This document shows, piece after piece, positions 24,779 through 38,190 of a DNA stretch of 64,000 bases. Both the position numbers and the translations under genes were made by a program. Each line of letters opens with the position of its first letter. Position 1 is the stretch's first letter. The DNA is taken from assembly GCF_009914755.1 (NCBI RefSeq), contig NC_060929.1; one strand, given 5' to 3'. The notes under the pieces are model-generated. The model made no database searches. It had not been told where the DNA came from and saw only the letters and a list, made by a program, of their open reading frames with translations. This stretch comes from the human T2T-CHM13v2.0 reference genome, Homo sapiens.

Positions 24779-27198
24779 AGCTACATCCTAAGACTGCTGC
24801 TTGTGTAAAACCTTTCAGAACTATGCATCATTGATCTAGCCATAATCACACTGATCTGTTGGCTTTTCACTAAACTTTACTTAAGTGAAAACTAACCCTC
24901 TCCTTCCTGTTTGGGGTTATGATTGACTGTATGTCTTTTGAATGGTGTGAAGATGCTGGCTGTGAAACTGGAACACTGCTTTTTAAATGTCTTTAAAAGA
25001 AGGAAAGAAAAATGTGTACCCTCAACTACCACAGAGCAAGATAAAAGAAAATAACGACAGCATGCACTGAGTCGGCAATGTTGACCTTTAGAAATTTTTT
25101 TTAGAACATCTCAACAGTTTGAAAATGACTTTCTCTTTTATTTTTCCCAAGTTTATTCTTTTTTGAATATAAGAATTTCATAAGAGTGCATTTTAATTTA
25201 TTGATGCAATTTTTCAACTATGCTACACACGTATTTATAGAGAGCCTCTTAAATATTTTTGTTTTTTAGAAAACAAACATGTCACTTTCTGCCTGAGATA
25301 TAGAACTAGGATAGGTAAATAAAAAGAATAGGAAACAAGAGGCCATAAGGACATTAAAAATTGGTCAGAAAAACCAGCAAGAATACTAGCAAGGTATGGG
25401 CATGAGATCTAGTATAGAGTGTTACCAGCTCTTACTTTCCATCTCATCATGCTCCCAAATCACTTAGACTCTGTTGAGCAGGTATATATGAAGTTAAGCT
25501 TTACACACAATATGCAGGTAACAAGTTATACAAATGCATAGAAACAAAAACCATGTTAGGTGTCTTTTATGTGGGCAGCACTGGTTTCAGATGCTAAGCC
25601 TTTACTATACATGTCTATAATTTTATGACACTAGGGTAGTATAAGTACTTAGTAATATTTATGGTCCTCACTCATTTCTCCCTGCACATTCCATGCATGT
25701 AGGTAATTTTTCTACAACAAATAGCTTATTCTTTTATAAGGAATGGGAATGGAAAGGGGTAATTATCATTTAGTTGCTTGGTACTGTACTTTTATGTATG
25801 CAAGGGCAGACCTCTTGCCCCACCTTTCAAAACAGCATTCCTAAACATCACAGTGCACCCAGAGCTGCTGAACGAGGGCATGTGTGCTGACCCGAATTAT
25901 TAGCACATCCATCTGTCCAGCAACACTATGAAATATTTTCCATTTTTCACATTACACATCTTTTATGTGAAAACACACACACCCATAATGGCAGCTTTAA
26001 TCAACAGGGTAGCTGTGGATAAGAATTAACATTGACCATAATGATTTCCTTTCACGTGTTAATCTAATTCTAAAATTAGTAACAATAAAATAGTGTGGTT
26101 AAATAAATATTTTAAAAATCTTGATTCCTTTCCCATTTTTCTCCAGATCCTTCCTTTCTAACATTCAACCTTGTTTATAAAGGTTGTTATATAAAGAAAT
26201 ACTGCCTGTTGGTTATAAAAATGGTCTGGTTGCGTGTAAGTAAAGGCAGATGAGTCACTTTGCCATTATCCTAGGTGAGTTCAATAAATAGGTTAGAGAT
26301 TATGCAGGAATCAAAACAGTGGCTCTAATACATCAGCCCAAATGAATTTTTTAGCAGCAGATTAGTCTGTTATGCAACAATCAACTGTGGCTCTAGCTAA
26401 GGAAACAAGTTTTATTTCATAATGCGAGGATTGACTTCTGATACCCAGAAAAGAGTGAAATAAAGAGCCTTGAGAATGTATCGTCTTAAAGTCTTCCCTG
26501 GAAAAATGACCTGGTGATTGATCACCAAAGAACTGAGGTCCCCGCACTGTTCAAGCTACCGTATTTAATGTCATTTGATTCCACTTATTTTCTGGTTTGG
26601 TAAAAAGTTTCCTTTTATGATTTTTAGAATGGTCATGATTCTCAAATCAGGTTACCAAATTTTATTAAATTGGACAATAACGCTATCTATTTAGAATTAA
26701 TGTGAGGTAATGTCCTTCCTAATTTATGGTATCTATTCTAGGATTCACTTCTGGGATATATTATTGTTATGAGCATAAGAGAAAAGGGAAATGAAGTGGT
26801 TCCTGGCAAAGAAGTTACCACAATATATTCAAAATAAAGAACTATCTGATGCTTATCAACATGCTATAAGGAACTTTAGGTAGAAAAAAAAGCCTTGGGA
26901 TTTTATGTGAGAGACAGCCTTTGAGATGGGTTTGGAAAGCCCATATGTTGAAAGAAAATTTTAACCTCACCCTCAAATGGCATTCTCGTCTCCTTTGAGA
27001 TTTATCCGCTGAAGGGGGCCCTATACCAGATATGTAGTCCACATCTTAGCTCGTATAGCACTTTATTATAACTGCTTTCTGTGTCTTCCACTGGGCTGTG
27101 ACTCAATGAAAGCAGAAAAGTTGAAAGGAAAGAGAAGTAAGTCTGACATTACTTTTAATCTCACTCTCAGAAATTGGATGCTTGTATATACCTCTCAG

Positions 27199-27279
27199 CA
27201 TCTTTGAAGGGGCACTGAAACTTCAATCAAATTGGGGAAAGGGAGCCCTGAACTTTAGACCTGTTTTAAATGTGCAGAG
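27199..27279 (+). ncRNA. Candidate internal exon of a spliced, likely non-coding transcript
   Basis: Acceptor cctctcag|, donor gag|gtagga; splice-site pattern only. Confidence 0.25.
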
Positions 27280-27750
27280 GTAGGATTGAGACTTTCTTTC
27301 CTTTCTAAAATACCTCTCATGATTCTTAACTACTTTTATAGAGTCCTTGAGCCTTAAGTCTCAGCCATATTAAAATCCCTTTTTCAAAGACATTTGCTGA
27401 AGGAATAATGGCTTAGTACTAAGAAAAAACACCACAAGTTAAAAATGTACTTGGCTATAATGGAATTTATTATCATAAACTACAATTGTCAGTTAAGTTG
27501 TGTTCCTTAAGGCATTAACAGTGTTTGCCCAAAATGAGCTGATTTATCATCAGTACTAAGAAATCTTTTGTGAATTATTGTTGATGCTAAACACAGTTTT
27601 TGATTGTGATAATAGCTTGGCCTTGGAGTCCGGTTTACTTGCTTGCAAATTAGCCTGTGTTCTTTGGTGCAGGGGATGAGAAATGTGACATTGACTTTGG
27701 AATTGTGATCAATAGCTTTTGATCTAAGAATCCTTTTTCTTTTTTGCAAG

Positions 27751-27851
27751 TGGCAACTGGCACAAGGAACACTTTCCATCTGTAAGAAAGAATACAAAGA
27801 ACTTGGAATAAGAAAAAAGTAGATATCTCATCAGTCAATGTTGCTGTATAG
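27751..27851 (+). ncRNA. Candidate internal exon
   Basis: Long polypyrimidine tract tcctttttcttttttgcaag|, donor tag|gtaaag. Confidence 0.25.
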
Positions 27852-28075
27852 GTAAAGTCCGAATTTTTTTAAAAAAGCAGAAGCATCTCTATTATAAAGA
27901 TTTAATAGTTGCAGGGTAGTGTAGACAGGGCTCTGTATGTTAAAGCATTAAAAACAGAAGCAAAACAACATAAAACAAAAGTGTCCCTTTAATGAGTTCA
28001 GTCTTACATGACCAAAATGTTGTTATAATTGCCCCTAGGATTCTACCTACAAAAATGGATTATTTAGTTGGGTAT

Positions 28076-28442
28076 TGTATTAGTCCATTCTGGCACTGCT
28101 ATAAAGAAATACCTGAAACTGGGTAATTTGTAAAGAAAAGAGGTTTAATTAGCTCATGCTTCTGCAGGCTGTACAGGAAACATGGCTGGGGAGGCCTCAG
28201 GAAACTTTCAATCATAATGGAAGGGGAAGCAAACACATATATGGCCGGAGCAGGAGGAAGAGAGCAAAGAGGGAAGCGTCAGACACTTTTAAAGAACCAG
28301 ATCTCATGAGAACTCACTCCCTATCATGAGAACAGCAAGGGGGAAGTCTGCCTCCGTGATCCAATCACCGCCCACCAGGCCTTTCCTCCAACACTGGGGA
28401 TGACATCAGATGAGGGTGAGGACACAAATCCAAACCATATCA
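28076..28442 (-). mobile_element. MSTA solo LTR
   Basis: tgtattagtccattct...gctataaagaaatacctga...caggctgtacaggaa...aaatccaaaccatatca; TSD ggtat/gggat. Confidence 0.9.
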
Positions 28443-29039
28443 GGGATTAAATCTTCCAGTATGATATATGATATCAGACACATCAGACACATTTCAAAAA
28501 GAAGAATGAATAAATATGAATGAGAAATTTGATATAGACTCTAGGTTGCATAAAAAGGGGTCAGATAACTTTTACAAGGATAGCTCTATATAGGTCTACC
28601 TCCAAGAAAATGAATGCATACTAATGCTCGATCCTAGTATTTGTGTTTTGTTTCATTTTAAGGGTCCCTACATGTTTTACAGATACTCACCTTTTATTTT
28701 CTGTTTTCTATGCAATCTATAATTTATTGCATTCTAAATATTTTTTCATTTCTATTTTCTTATCTTTAAAATAAACTTCTTTCTTTCCTTGGGGATAAGC
28801 CACTAGCTATTAAGGGAACATTCTTGATTTATTATAGATAGGTTGAATAAAGTTTTCATAAAGTATCTTATTCACGTAATAGAATTTACCAATATGAAAG
28901 TCTTTTGACTATAACTCTAGCACTTTCTCATTAACCTATGCCTTCAGTACAGCAAAGGATATGCATTTGTTTGAGGATTTGTGTTTTAGATGCAGACTGA
29001 TTAAATAGAGATACAGTTTGTTAATGAAATAATGTATAT

Positions 29040-29230
29040 AGACACCATGCCCAGCACTTGTTGGACATTATATCATTAGTCCTTATAATAAGCTGCAGAG
29101 CCAAATATGATATCCAAACTCTTCTCTCCATTTGCAGAGGACTAAACTGAGACTCTAATTCAAAGATGTAAAGTAAAATTCCCAAGATTACGAAGCTAAT
29201 GAGTGACAAACTGACATTATAATTTCAAAG
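29040..29230 (-). mobile_element. MIR
   Basis: ccatgcccagcact...ccatttgcagaggactaaactgagactc...cccaagattac..agctaatgagtgaca. Confidence 0.6.
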
Positions 29231-29458
29231 TAATTCCACTCTTAGTTACATTACATTGCCTCCCTCTCAGTTTTTATCATCAAGATAAATGTTTGTTTCA
29301 TAAGTAGAGTCTATGTTTATGTTTTATGTTGACATTTTCTTACTCTGCATATAGTAATAAGAGTATTAGTGGGAAACAGAGAGAAGAAATGTTTTTTAAT
29401 TTCTCGAGTTGGAACATGTTGTTTACTTAGGCCTTTGGTCAAACCATAGTTTATCATC

Positions 29459-29836
29459 TGTATTAGTATGTTCTCATGCTGCTATAAGGACATACCTGAG
29501 ACTAGGTAATTTATAAAGAAAAGAGGTTTAAGTGACTCCCAGTTCCATAGCGCTGGAGAGGGCTCAGGAAACTTATAATCATGGCAAAAGGGGAAGCAAA
29601 CATGTCCTTCTTCACATGGTGGGAGGAAGGAGAAGAATGAGAGCCAAGTGAAGGGGGAAGCCCCTTATAAAACCATCAGATCATGTGAGAACTTACTCAC
29701 TATTACAAGAGTAGCATGGGGGAAACCGCCCCCATGATTCAGTTACTTCCCACTGGGTTCCTCCCACAACATGTGGGGATTATGGGAACTACAATTTGAG
29801 ATGAGATTTGGGTGCGGACACAGCCAAACCATATCA
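29459..29836 (-). mobile_element. THE1 (C/D-like) solo LTR
   Basis: tgtattagtatgttctcatgctgct...ccccttataaaaccatcagatc...cagccaaaccatatca; TSD tcatc/tcttc. Confidence 0.9.
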
Positions 29837-30354
29837 TCTTCTTTTCTTATTTTATTAAAAATGTCCTTTCTGTAGCATTCTGAGCTTTGAGTCTGTATCT
29901 TGTTATTACAGAGAGTAGCTAAATGAATAATTATTAGCACCCTTTTAATAATGTACTCCTATGTAATTGAAGAAAAATTATTGTATAAAGCTAATATATA
30001 TTAAGATTTATTTTGATTTTCTTTAATTAAAAAAATCAATTCTTAGTATAAAAGGTACACCATTGAGCTAATTTGATTTGAGTAATGATATCTGTTTTAA
30101 GAGAAAAATGAGAAAAATAACAAATCTATTGTTAGTAACACCATTACTTTTATACCTGAACATACTTTCTCCAGATCTTTATTTTCTTGTCTATCACCAT
30201 TTGTCCATTAGGCAAATTTTCACGATATTGACTTTTCTAATTTAAAAATATCCTTGTATTTTTTCTGTTTATTCTACTGAAATAAATAATGTCACAATGA
30301 TGTTCTATCATTTCACCCACAAGAGAAAAATATTGTGAAATTTTAATGAACAGT

Positions 30355-30670
30355 AATTAATTCATTCAATATCTGAGTAGCTACTACTATGTGTCAGGCA
30401 CTGATATGGCCCTGTGAATATAATAGTGAACCCAATAGACAAAGAGTCCTGCTCTCAAGGAAGTTATATGACAATAAACAAGATTGATAACTAAAAAATA
30501 TGGTGATATGGTGTAATACATAGTAATAAGTGCTAAGAAAATAATAATGTAGAAAAGGGGCAAAGAGAATATTGGGGACAGTATGTTTTAGATAAGGTGG
30601 CCAAGGAAGGCCTAATGAGATGATGTCATTTGAGTAGAGACCTGGATGAAGTGAGGTAGCAAATCACAAC
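30355..30670 (-). mobile_element. L2a 3' region
   Basis: attcattcaata...tactatgtgtcaggcactg...gtcctgctctcaagga...atttgagtagagacctggatgaagtgag. Confidence 0.75.
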
Positions 30671-32068
30671 TTTCTAAAATTACATATAAAATATCCTTTA
30701 TGCAGTTATGTATTTGGCATTATGTAGCTATTATATTGACATTAGTGTTAAAGTGTCTTTCTAGTAGCCCAATTTTAATAATTGTTTCAACAAGACTGTG
30801 TGTGTATTGTCCTTTAGGCTCTATTATTCCTTTATGAATGCCAGAAGACTTCTGAAGCAACTGCTCAAGTCATTTAGGAAAAGTAATATCCTTGGCTAAA
30901 AGTAGTATTCCACTTATTGGCTACAGAATGTTGAGATATAAGACAGAATCCCTATCTATAGGTTTATTCTCCTATTAAAGAAATGAATAATGCTGGGAGA
31001 CTAGAGAACCCCTCTTTTCTCCAAAGGAGACAGTCCCTAAATCTCTTCTTATCGCATCAAATTTTAAGCCTAGGATTTCTAGGTGATGAATACTTTTCTT
31101 CAAATTTTTTTCCCCATGACTGATCTACCTAAAACCAAAACTGATCTGTTCCCTACATGCCCGATACACAGTGGTAAAGACAAATCAGATATACAATTTG
31201 ACTGAAAATTCTTTATTTAAAGCATGGTGATATATATATGTATGTCAGTTTTAATATATATTTTATGGTAATCGGTTAACATTTGAAGCACTCTATTTGG
31301 CATTGTCTCTGCTAGAACTCACTCCCACTCCTGCAGCTATGATAAGCCCTTCAATTATCTTTATCTCACCACCAACAAAGGATGTATTAATTAAGATAAT
31401 CGACTTTAGAAATGATTATTCATTCGTGAAATAAGTGATGTTTAAGATATGTGCACTTTCGAGAAATGTTACACACTCACCTCTGGCCTTGCATGAACAG
31501 GGTCTAAGAATCTAGTGGCCTCAGTAGTATATTCCTTTTAATTTGTTTCCACTTCCCTTCAGAATGGCATTGTAAGCCCTGGATTCTGTATAGTCCTATG
31601 TTTAGACATACATGGTGGAGCTCATTGACTTAATCCAACTAGCAGTATACAGAATCCTAGAATATTTATTCATTTATTTCTGCTAGAATATTTATTTATT
31701 TATTTCCATTGATCCTTTCATGCATGGTTTGGCCAGAACATCTAAAAGGAATGAGAACGAAAACTTCATTGCCTTTACAGAAACGGTTGTAAAAAAAAAA
31801 AAAAGTACATACTAAAATACATGTTTGGCAGAATTTGATCTCAGTCTTGCACAGTTGTGAGAGATGAACATTTAGTTCTTATGTACTTATAGCCAATGGA
31901 GGCCAAAGAAACTTAACAAAAAGAATCTAACAATTGTGAATGACCACATTGGCTTAAGTCAGTGCACAATTACTACATTAAAAAAGTCCCAATTCAAAAG
32001 GAGACAAGGGAAACACACAGCAGTCACTGGTTCATAACAAAAATCAAGATGGTAAATATAGAAGAGGT

Positions 32069-32762
32069 TGTAAATATAAAACTATTGTAAAATTTTAAAA
32101 TTGTTAAAAAAAAGAAGGCTTGGCAGTAGATGAAACTATGCCCTATGCATTGTCAAGCACATTCCTTTAAAAGTGCTTGGAAAAGAGCAGGGAGGCTTCT
32201 TGTTCTAGTAGGTCCTGCTTTGTGTGAGGAGCTTGATGCTTATGATGGCCACATCTGAGTTTTGGAGAGTGTGTCCCCTGGGTGGTTGTGCATCTTTCAT
32301 CCCACTTCCTACTGCTGCAGATCTGGAGGCCTGTGGATTCCTTTACAGAGTGCACAGTTGCAAGCAGTTCTTTGCTATCTTGTTTGTTTAGTAGTTCAGT
32401 TCCCTACAAACTTGAATAAGAAATCAGTATGTTTCTACCTGTTAGGACACAAAGCTAAAGATCTTGTTTGGATGTTGTTTTAAACCTGATAAATTTGGCT
32501 CTCGGGAGTTGGCTTCTATGCTCTGACCTTCTTTTCTCCCTTTTTTAAGGAGCCACAACCTTGAAGCCAATTGGGACAATAGGATGTTGTGGCAAGACCC
32601 TCACCTAATCTTTGCTGGGCTGGGCTTGCTCCCGTTGTTCAGCAGAGTGCTTTTAAAAGAATGTGTTTGATAACACTTAGGGCATAGTTAGTCTTACCTA
32701 CTGCTAAGCGTGCCTTTTTTAAAATAACAATTTTAAAATTTTATAATAGTTTTATATTTGCA
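32069..32762. repeat. Diverged inverted repeat: arms ~32069-32177 and ~32646-32762
   Basis: Reverse complement of left arm: cttttaaaggaatgtgcttgacaatgcatagggcatagtt...taacaattttaaaattttacaatagttttatatttaca; right arm: cttttaaaagaatgtgtttgataacacttagggcatagtt...taacaattttaaaattttataatagttttatatttgca. Confidence 0.85.
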
Positions 32763-33195
32763 GAAAAATTATGGAGATAGCACAGAGTTCCCATATATCC
32801 CGTGCCCAGTTTTCTTTATTATTAAATTCTTACATTAGCATGGTACATTTGTTACAGTTAATGAACAAATATCTATATGATGTTATTAACTAAAGTCTAT
32901 ATTGTATTCAAATTTCCTCTTTCTGTTCCAGCTGTAATTCAGGGTGTCACAATATGTTTAGTCATCGTGTCTCCTTGGGCTCCTTATGGCTGTGACACTC
33001 TCTAAGACTTTTCTGGCTTTTGATGTCCATAACAGTTTTGAGGAATACTGGTCAGGTATTTTGTAGCATGTCCCTCACCTGAGAATTCTGATTTTTTTTT
33101 CATGATTAAGCTGATGATATATGTTTTTGGGAGGCAGATCAGAAAGGTAAAGTCCCAGTTACATTACATCATATCACATCAAGAGTATGTACAAT

Positions 33196-33521
33196 TGTTA
33201 AAAAAAGTTTTCATTGGGAGGCCAGCTCCACCACCTTGAATTCTTAGGTAAGCAAATGTAAGCCCAGTGTAAACAGTAAAACCAAACTTAAATTTTACCA
33301 ATCAGAAACTACCAACTATCTTCTAACTAGGGACATCCCACTTTAACCAATCAAATTTCTTTGTCTTGATTATACCTTGTAAAATTTTTCTGTCTCTTGC
33401 TTCCCTCTCCTCCAAGTGGAGCATAGAACTGCCTATGGCCTGGTGCTGCCTGATTCGTGAATCACTGAATGTTCAAATAAACTCATTGACATTTTAATGT
33501 GCCTGAGTTTATCTTTTAATG
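33196..33521 (+). mobile_element. ERV1 MER4-group solo LTR (MER92/MER95/LTR37-like; family uncertain)
   Basis: tgttaaaa start, two CCAAT boxes, ctgcctgattcgtgaatc, AATAAA 33476-33481; interrupts the L1. Confidence 0.65.
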
Positions 33522-33697
33522 TTATCAATATGAGTTATCACTGTTGAAGTTCACCTTAGTCACCTGGTTGAGGTGGTGTTTGTCTTATTTCTTCACTGTA
33601 AAGTTACTCTACTGTCCACTTGCTTTTTTTTTTTTTTTTTAACTGCATCCTTTGGAAGAAAGTTATTATGCACAGCTCACATTTAAGGAATGGGGAG

Positions 33698-34513
33698 CAT
33701 CAAAAAGTGGGCAAAGGATATGAACAGACACTTTTCAAAAGAAGACATTTATGCAGCCAACAGACACATGAAAAAATGCTCATCATCACTTGTCATCAGA
33801 GAAATGCAAATCAAAACTACAATGACATACCATCTCACACCAGTTAGAATGATGATCATTAAAAAGTCAGGAAACAACAGGTGCTGGAGAGGATGTGGAG
33901 AAATAAGAACGCTTTTACACTGTTGGTGGGAGTGTAAACTAGTTCAACCATTGTGGAAGACAGTGTGGCAATTCCTCAAGGATCTGGAACTAGAAATACC
34001 TTTTGACCCAGCCATCCCATTACTGGGTATATATCCAAAGGATTATAAATCATGCTACTATAAAGACACATGCACACGTATGTTTATTGTGGCACTATTC
34101 ACAATAGCAAAGGCTTGCACCAACCCAAATGTCCATCAATAATAGACTGGATTAAGAAAATGTGGCACATATACACCATGGAATACTATGCAGCCATAAA
34201 AAAGGATGAGTTCATGTCCTTTGTAGGGACATGGATGAAGCCGGAAACCATCATTCTGAGCAAACTATCACAAGGACAGAAAACCAAACACCGCATGTTC
34301 TCACTTATAGGTGGGAATTGAACAATGAGAACACCTGGACACACGGTGGGTACATCACACACTGGGGCCTGTCGTGGGATGAGGGGCTGGGGGAGGGATA
34401 GCATTAGGAGAAATACCTAATGTAAATGACGAGTTAATGGGTGCAGCAAACCAACATGGCACATGTACACATATGTAACCTGCACGTTGTGCACATGTAC
34501 CCTAGAACTTAAA

Positions 34514-34558
<45 letters not shown>
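33698..34558 (+). mobile_element. 5'-truncated L1PA (L1PA5-like): ORF2 C-terminus plus 3'UTR
   Basis: ORF 33690-34142 is the L1 ORF2p C-terminus ([16 protein letters not shown]...[16 protein letters not shown]); TSD aatggggag at 33689-33697 and 34561-34569. Confidence 0.95.
34515..34558. repeat. (TA)22 microsatellite in place of the L1 tail
   Basis: Seen directly after gaacttaaag. Confidence 0.95.
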
Positions 34559-34559
<1 letters not shown>

Positions 34560-35831
34560 CAATGGGGAGTTATGCTTCACCCTTATAAAAGTATCTACAT
34601 GAGTTATTTGGAATTATTCTGCATGGGAAATTTGTTTAATCTATTTATTGAATCATTTATATCAGTATATTTATTTTACATTTTGTGTTATAATCCAGTA
34701 CTACTTTATTTATTATAGTACTTGAATTGCTCCAGCTTTGGCTTTGGAAGCTCTTTCAGTTGGCTCTTGTGTCCCTTTGAGATACCTGAATCATCGTGGG
34801 ATTTTCTTTTTGAACACTTTTTTACTTTCTGGTACTACAAGATGCTCCACACTCATCTATTTCTTGGCCTGTCATGGAAACAGCTATGTTTCCAAGGAGC
34901 CCTGGTTCCTTTTAGTGGAAGATGATAGTAGAAACTAAGACCTTGGCAATAGGTATGCTCATTGCTACTGATCTGTTCTTGCTTCCAGATCCTCTTTCTT
35001 GACAAAGCAAGGAAATACATGTGTGTACACTAATCATGTATACACTATCTATGAACATTTCTATATGTAACCCTCTGTATCTGTATTTAGTTAAACATGA
35101 GTTCATACTGATGTCTGTAACTTTAATCCATTACAATCTGGGTCATTTTAGCCCTGTCTTCTCTGAAACCTCCCACTACTACAATGAGAAGCCTAGATCC
35201 CCTCATCTGCCATTCATTTAGTTAATTAATTATTGATTTCCACTATACAGGTATTGTGATATCTGAGCTGTAAACATGTATCCCCTTAGGAAAAACCTTA
35301 CCAACTATATTGTGGTGCTTATGTATTATTTCTGTTTATCTTTAGTCTTATAGATACCACTCATTTCCAAAGTCACTTAGATCAGGATCCTTTCCCCCAA
35401 ATTCTTCAGTGAGGTAGTTTCATACATTTGTAGTACATTCTGCATTCCGTTTGTACATTCTGCATTCCATTCTTGGGTCCCTTGAATTCTTAACATTTTT
35501 TAAAAATACTCATATGTTAGGGTTCAAAACTCCATATATTAGGTTTGTGTTATACATTTTATGGTTTGGACAAGTGGATAGTGTCATGTATCCACCCCTA
35601 TGGTGACATACAGATTAATTTTACTGCCCTAAAATATCTCCTGTGCTTCACCTATTCAACCCCCTCTCCTCAAACCTTTGGAAATTACTGATGTTTTTAC
35701 TGACTTTATAGCCTTGCTATTTCCGAATGCCATGTAATATCAGACTGTTTTTTTTTTGGCTTTTTTCTTTCACTAGTAATATGTGTTTCAGATTCATCTA
35801 TATCTTTTAGTGACTTAAAAGCTGATTTGTT

Positions 35832-36256
35832 GCCTATCAATGATAAAGTGGATAAAGAAAATGTGGTACATATACACCATGGAATACTATGCAGCCACAA
35901 AAAAAAAAGAATGAGATCATGTCCTTTGCAGGAATGTGGATGGAGCTGGAGGCCATTATCCTTAGCAAATTAATGCAGGAACAGAAAACCAAATACTGCA
36001 TGTTCTCACTTATAAGTGGGAGCTAAATGGTGAGAACACATGGACACATAGAGGGGAACAACACACACTGGGGCCCACGAGAGGGTGGACACTACAAGGA
36101 GGGAAAGAAACAGGAAATGCAGCTAATAAGTACTAGGCTTGATACCTGGGTGATGAAATAATCTGTATAACCAACCCCCATGACACATGTTCGCCAGTGT
36201 AACAAACCTGCACAGCCTGCACATGTACCCCTGAACATAAAAGTTAAAAATAAAAA
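35832..36256 (+). mobile_element. L1PA (PA12/13-like) 3' fragment
   Basis: ggataaagaaaatgtggtacatatacaccatggaatac...acatgtacccctgaacataaaag; TSD aaaagctgattt/aaaagctcattt. Confidence 0.88.
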
Positions 36257-37513
36257 AGCTCATTTTTTTTTTTTACTAATTAATATTCTATTTTATTTAT
36301 GTACCATTGTTTATCCATTTGCCTATTGAAGGACATATTAGTTGCTTTCAGGTTTTGGCAATTATGAATAGAGTTGCTATATATGTTTGTGTGCTGGTTT
36401 TTGTGGACATAAATTTTCAAATTATTTGGGTAAATATTTCAATTGCTAGATTGTATGGTAAGACTCTTTTTAACGTTGTAAGAAATTGCCAAACTGCCTT
36501 CTAAAGTGGCTTTACCATTATGCATATTTGCCAGCAGGGAATGAGAGGTCTTGTGGCTCCTCATCAGCCACTGATATTGTCAGATTTTTGGATTTTAGGC
36601 ATTCTAAAACTGTGTAGTGGTATCTCATTATATTAATTTGTAATTCTCTCTGATGACAAATTATGGTGAGAAATTTTCATAAGTTTGTTTATTATCTGTT
36701 TATCTCCTGTGGTGAGATGTGTGTCTATTCAGATCTTTTCACCATTTTTAAATAGGGTTGTTTCATTTTTGTTGAGTTTTAAAAGATTATTTCGTATTTT
36801 GAACACAAGTTCTTTATCCGACATGTTTCAAAAATATTCTCTCCTAGTTTGTTGCTTGTCTTTCCATTTTCTTAACAGTGTCTTTTGCAGAGCACAAGTA
36901 TTTAATTTTAATAAAGCTACATTTATCAATTTTTCTTTTATAAATTGTGTTTTTGGTGTCATATCTAAAAACTCACTACCAAACCCATGATCACATAGAT
37001 TTTCTCCTATGTTATCTTCTGGAAGTTTATAATTTTCATTTAAAATTTAGCTGTGTAAACCTTTTTAAAATGCATTTTTGTGTTAGGTGGAAGATTTGTG
37101 TCTAGGGTTATTTATTTATTTATTTTTGCATATGTACATCTATTTTTTAGCACCATTTGTTGAAAAGACTATCCTTTCTCCATAGAATTGTCTTTGCTTC
37201 TTTGTCAAATATCAGTTGACTACACTTGTGTTTATCTATTTCTGGACTCTCTATTCTGTTCTCTTAATGTTTGTGTCTATTTTTTCAACTATGTCACTGT
37301 ATCCTAGTTATTGTGACCTTAGTAAGTCTTGAAATAAGGTGTGTGAGTCTTTTATCTTTGTTCTTCTTCAGTATTATGTTGTCTAATCTAGATCTATTGC
37401 CTTTCCATATAAACTTTAGAATCAATTTGTCAATGTTCACAAAATAATGTGCTTGTATTTTGATTTGAATTGTGTTGAGCCTATAGACCAACTTATAAAA
37501 AACTGACATCTTG

Positions 37514-38190
37514 GCTATTATTAAAAAGTCAAAAATTAATAGATGCTGGCAAAGTTGCAGAGAAAAGGGAATATTTACATACTGCTGGTGGGAATGTAAA
37601 TTAGTTCAGTGAGTATGGAAAACAGTTAGAGATTTCTCAAGGGACTTGAAACAGAACTACCATTACTGGGTATATACCCAAAGGAATATAAATTATTTTA
37701 CCACAAAGACACATGCACATGGATGTTCATTGCAGCACTGTTCACAGTATCAAAGACATAGAATCAACCTATATGACTATCAATGGTGAACTAGATAAAG
37801 AAAATGTAGTACATATACACCATGAAATACTATGCAGCTATAAAAAAGAATGAGATTATGTCCTTTGCAGCAACATGGATGGGGCTGGAGGTCATTATCC
37901 TAGCAAATTAATGCAGGAACAGAAAACTAAATACTGCATGTTCTCACTTATAAATTGGAGCTAAACTTCAAGTACACATGGACACAAAGAAGAAAACAAC
38001 AGAAACCAGGGACTACTTGAGGGAAGAAGGAAGGAAGAGGGAGAAGATCAAAAAACTACCTATTGGATACTACACTTAGTATCTAACTGATGAAATAATC
38101 TGTACACCAAACCTCCATAACATGCAGTTTACTCATGTAACAAACATGCATATATACCCCCTGAACCTAAAACAAAAGTTAGAAAGAAAT
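37514..38190 (+). mobile_element. L1PA15/16-like 3' fragment
   Basis: ctattattaaaaagtcaaaaa...tatataccccctgaacctaaaa; 16-bp TSD aaaaa[c/t]tgacatcttg at 37498-37513 and 38191-38206. Confidence 0.88.

Noticed and set aside
32167-32355. Possible processed pseudogene on the minus strand
   Set aside because: No recognisable protein, poly(A) tail or TSD; the adjacent AT-rich part is explained by the inverted duplication.
33690-34321. 150-aa and 83-aa ORFs as a host gene
   Set aside because: They are the frameshifted C-terminus of L1 ORF2p in a 5'-truncated L1PA with a TSD.
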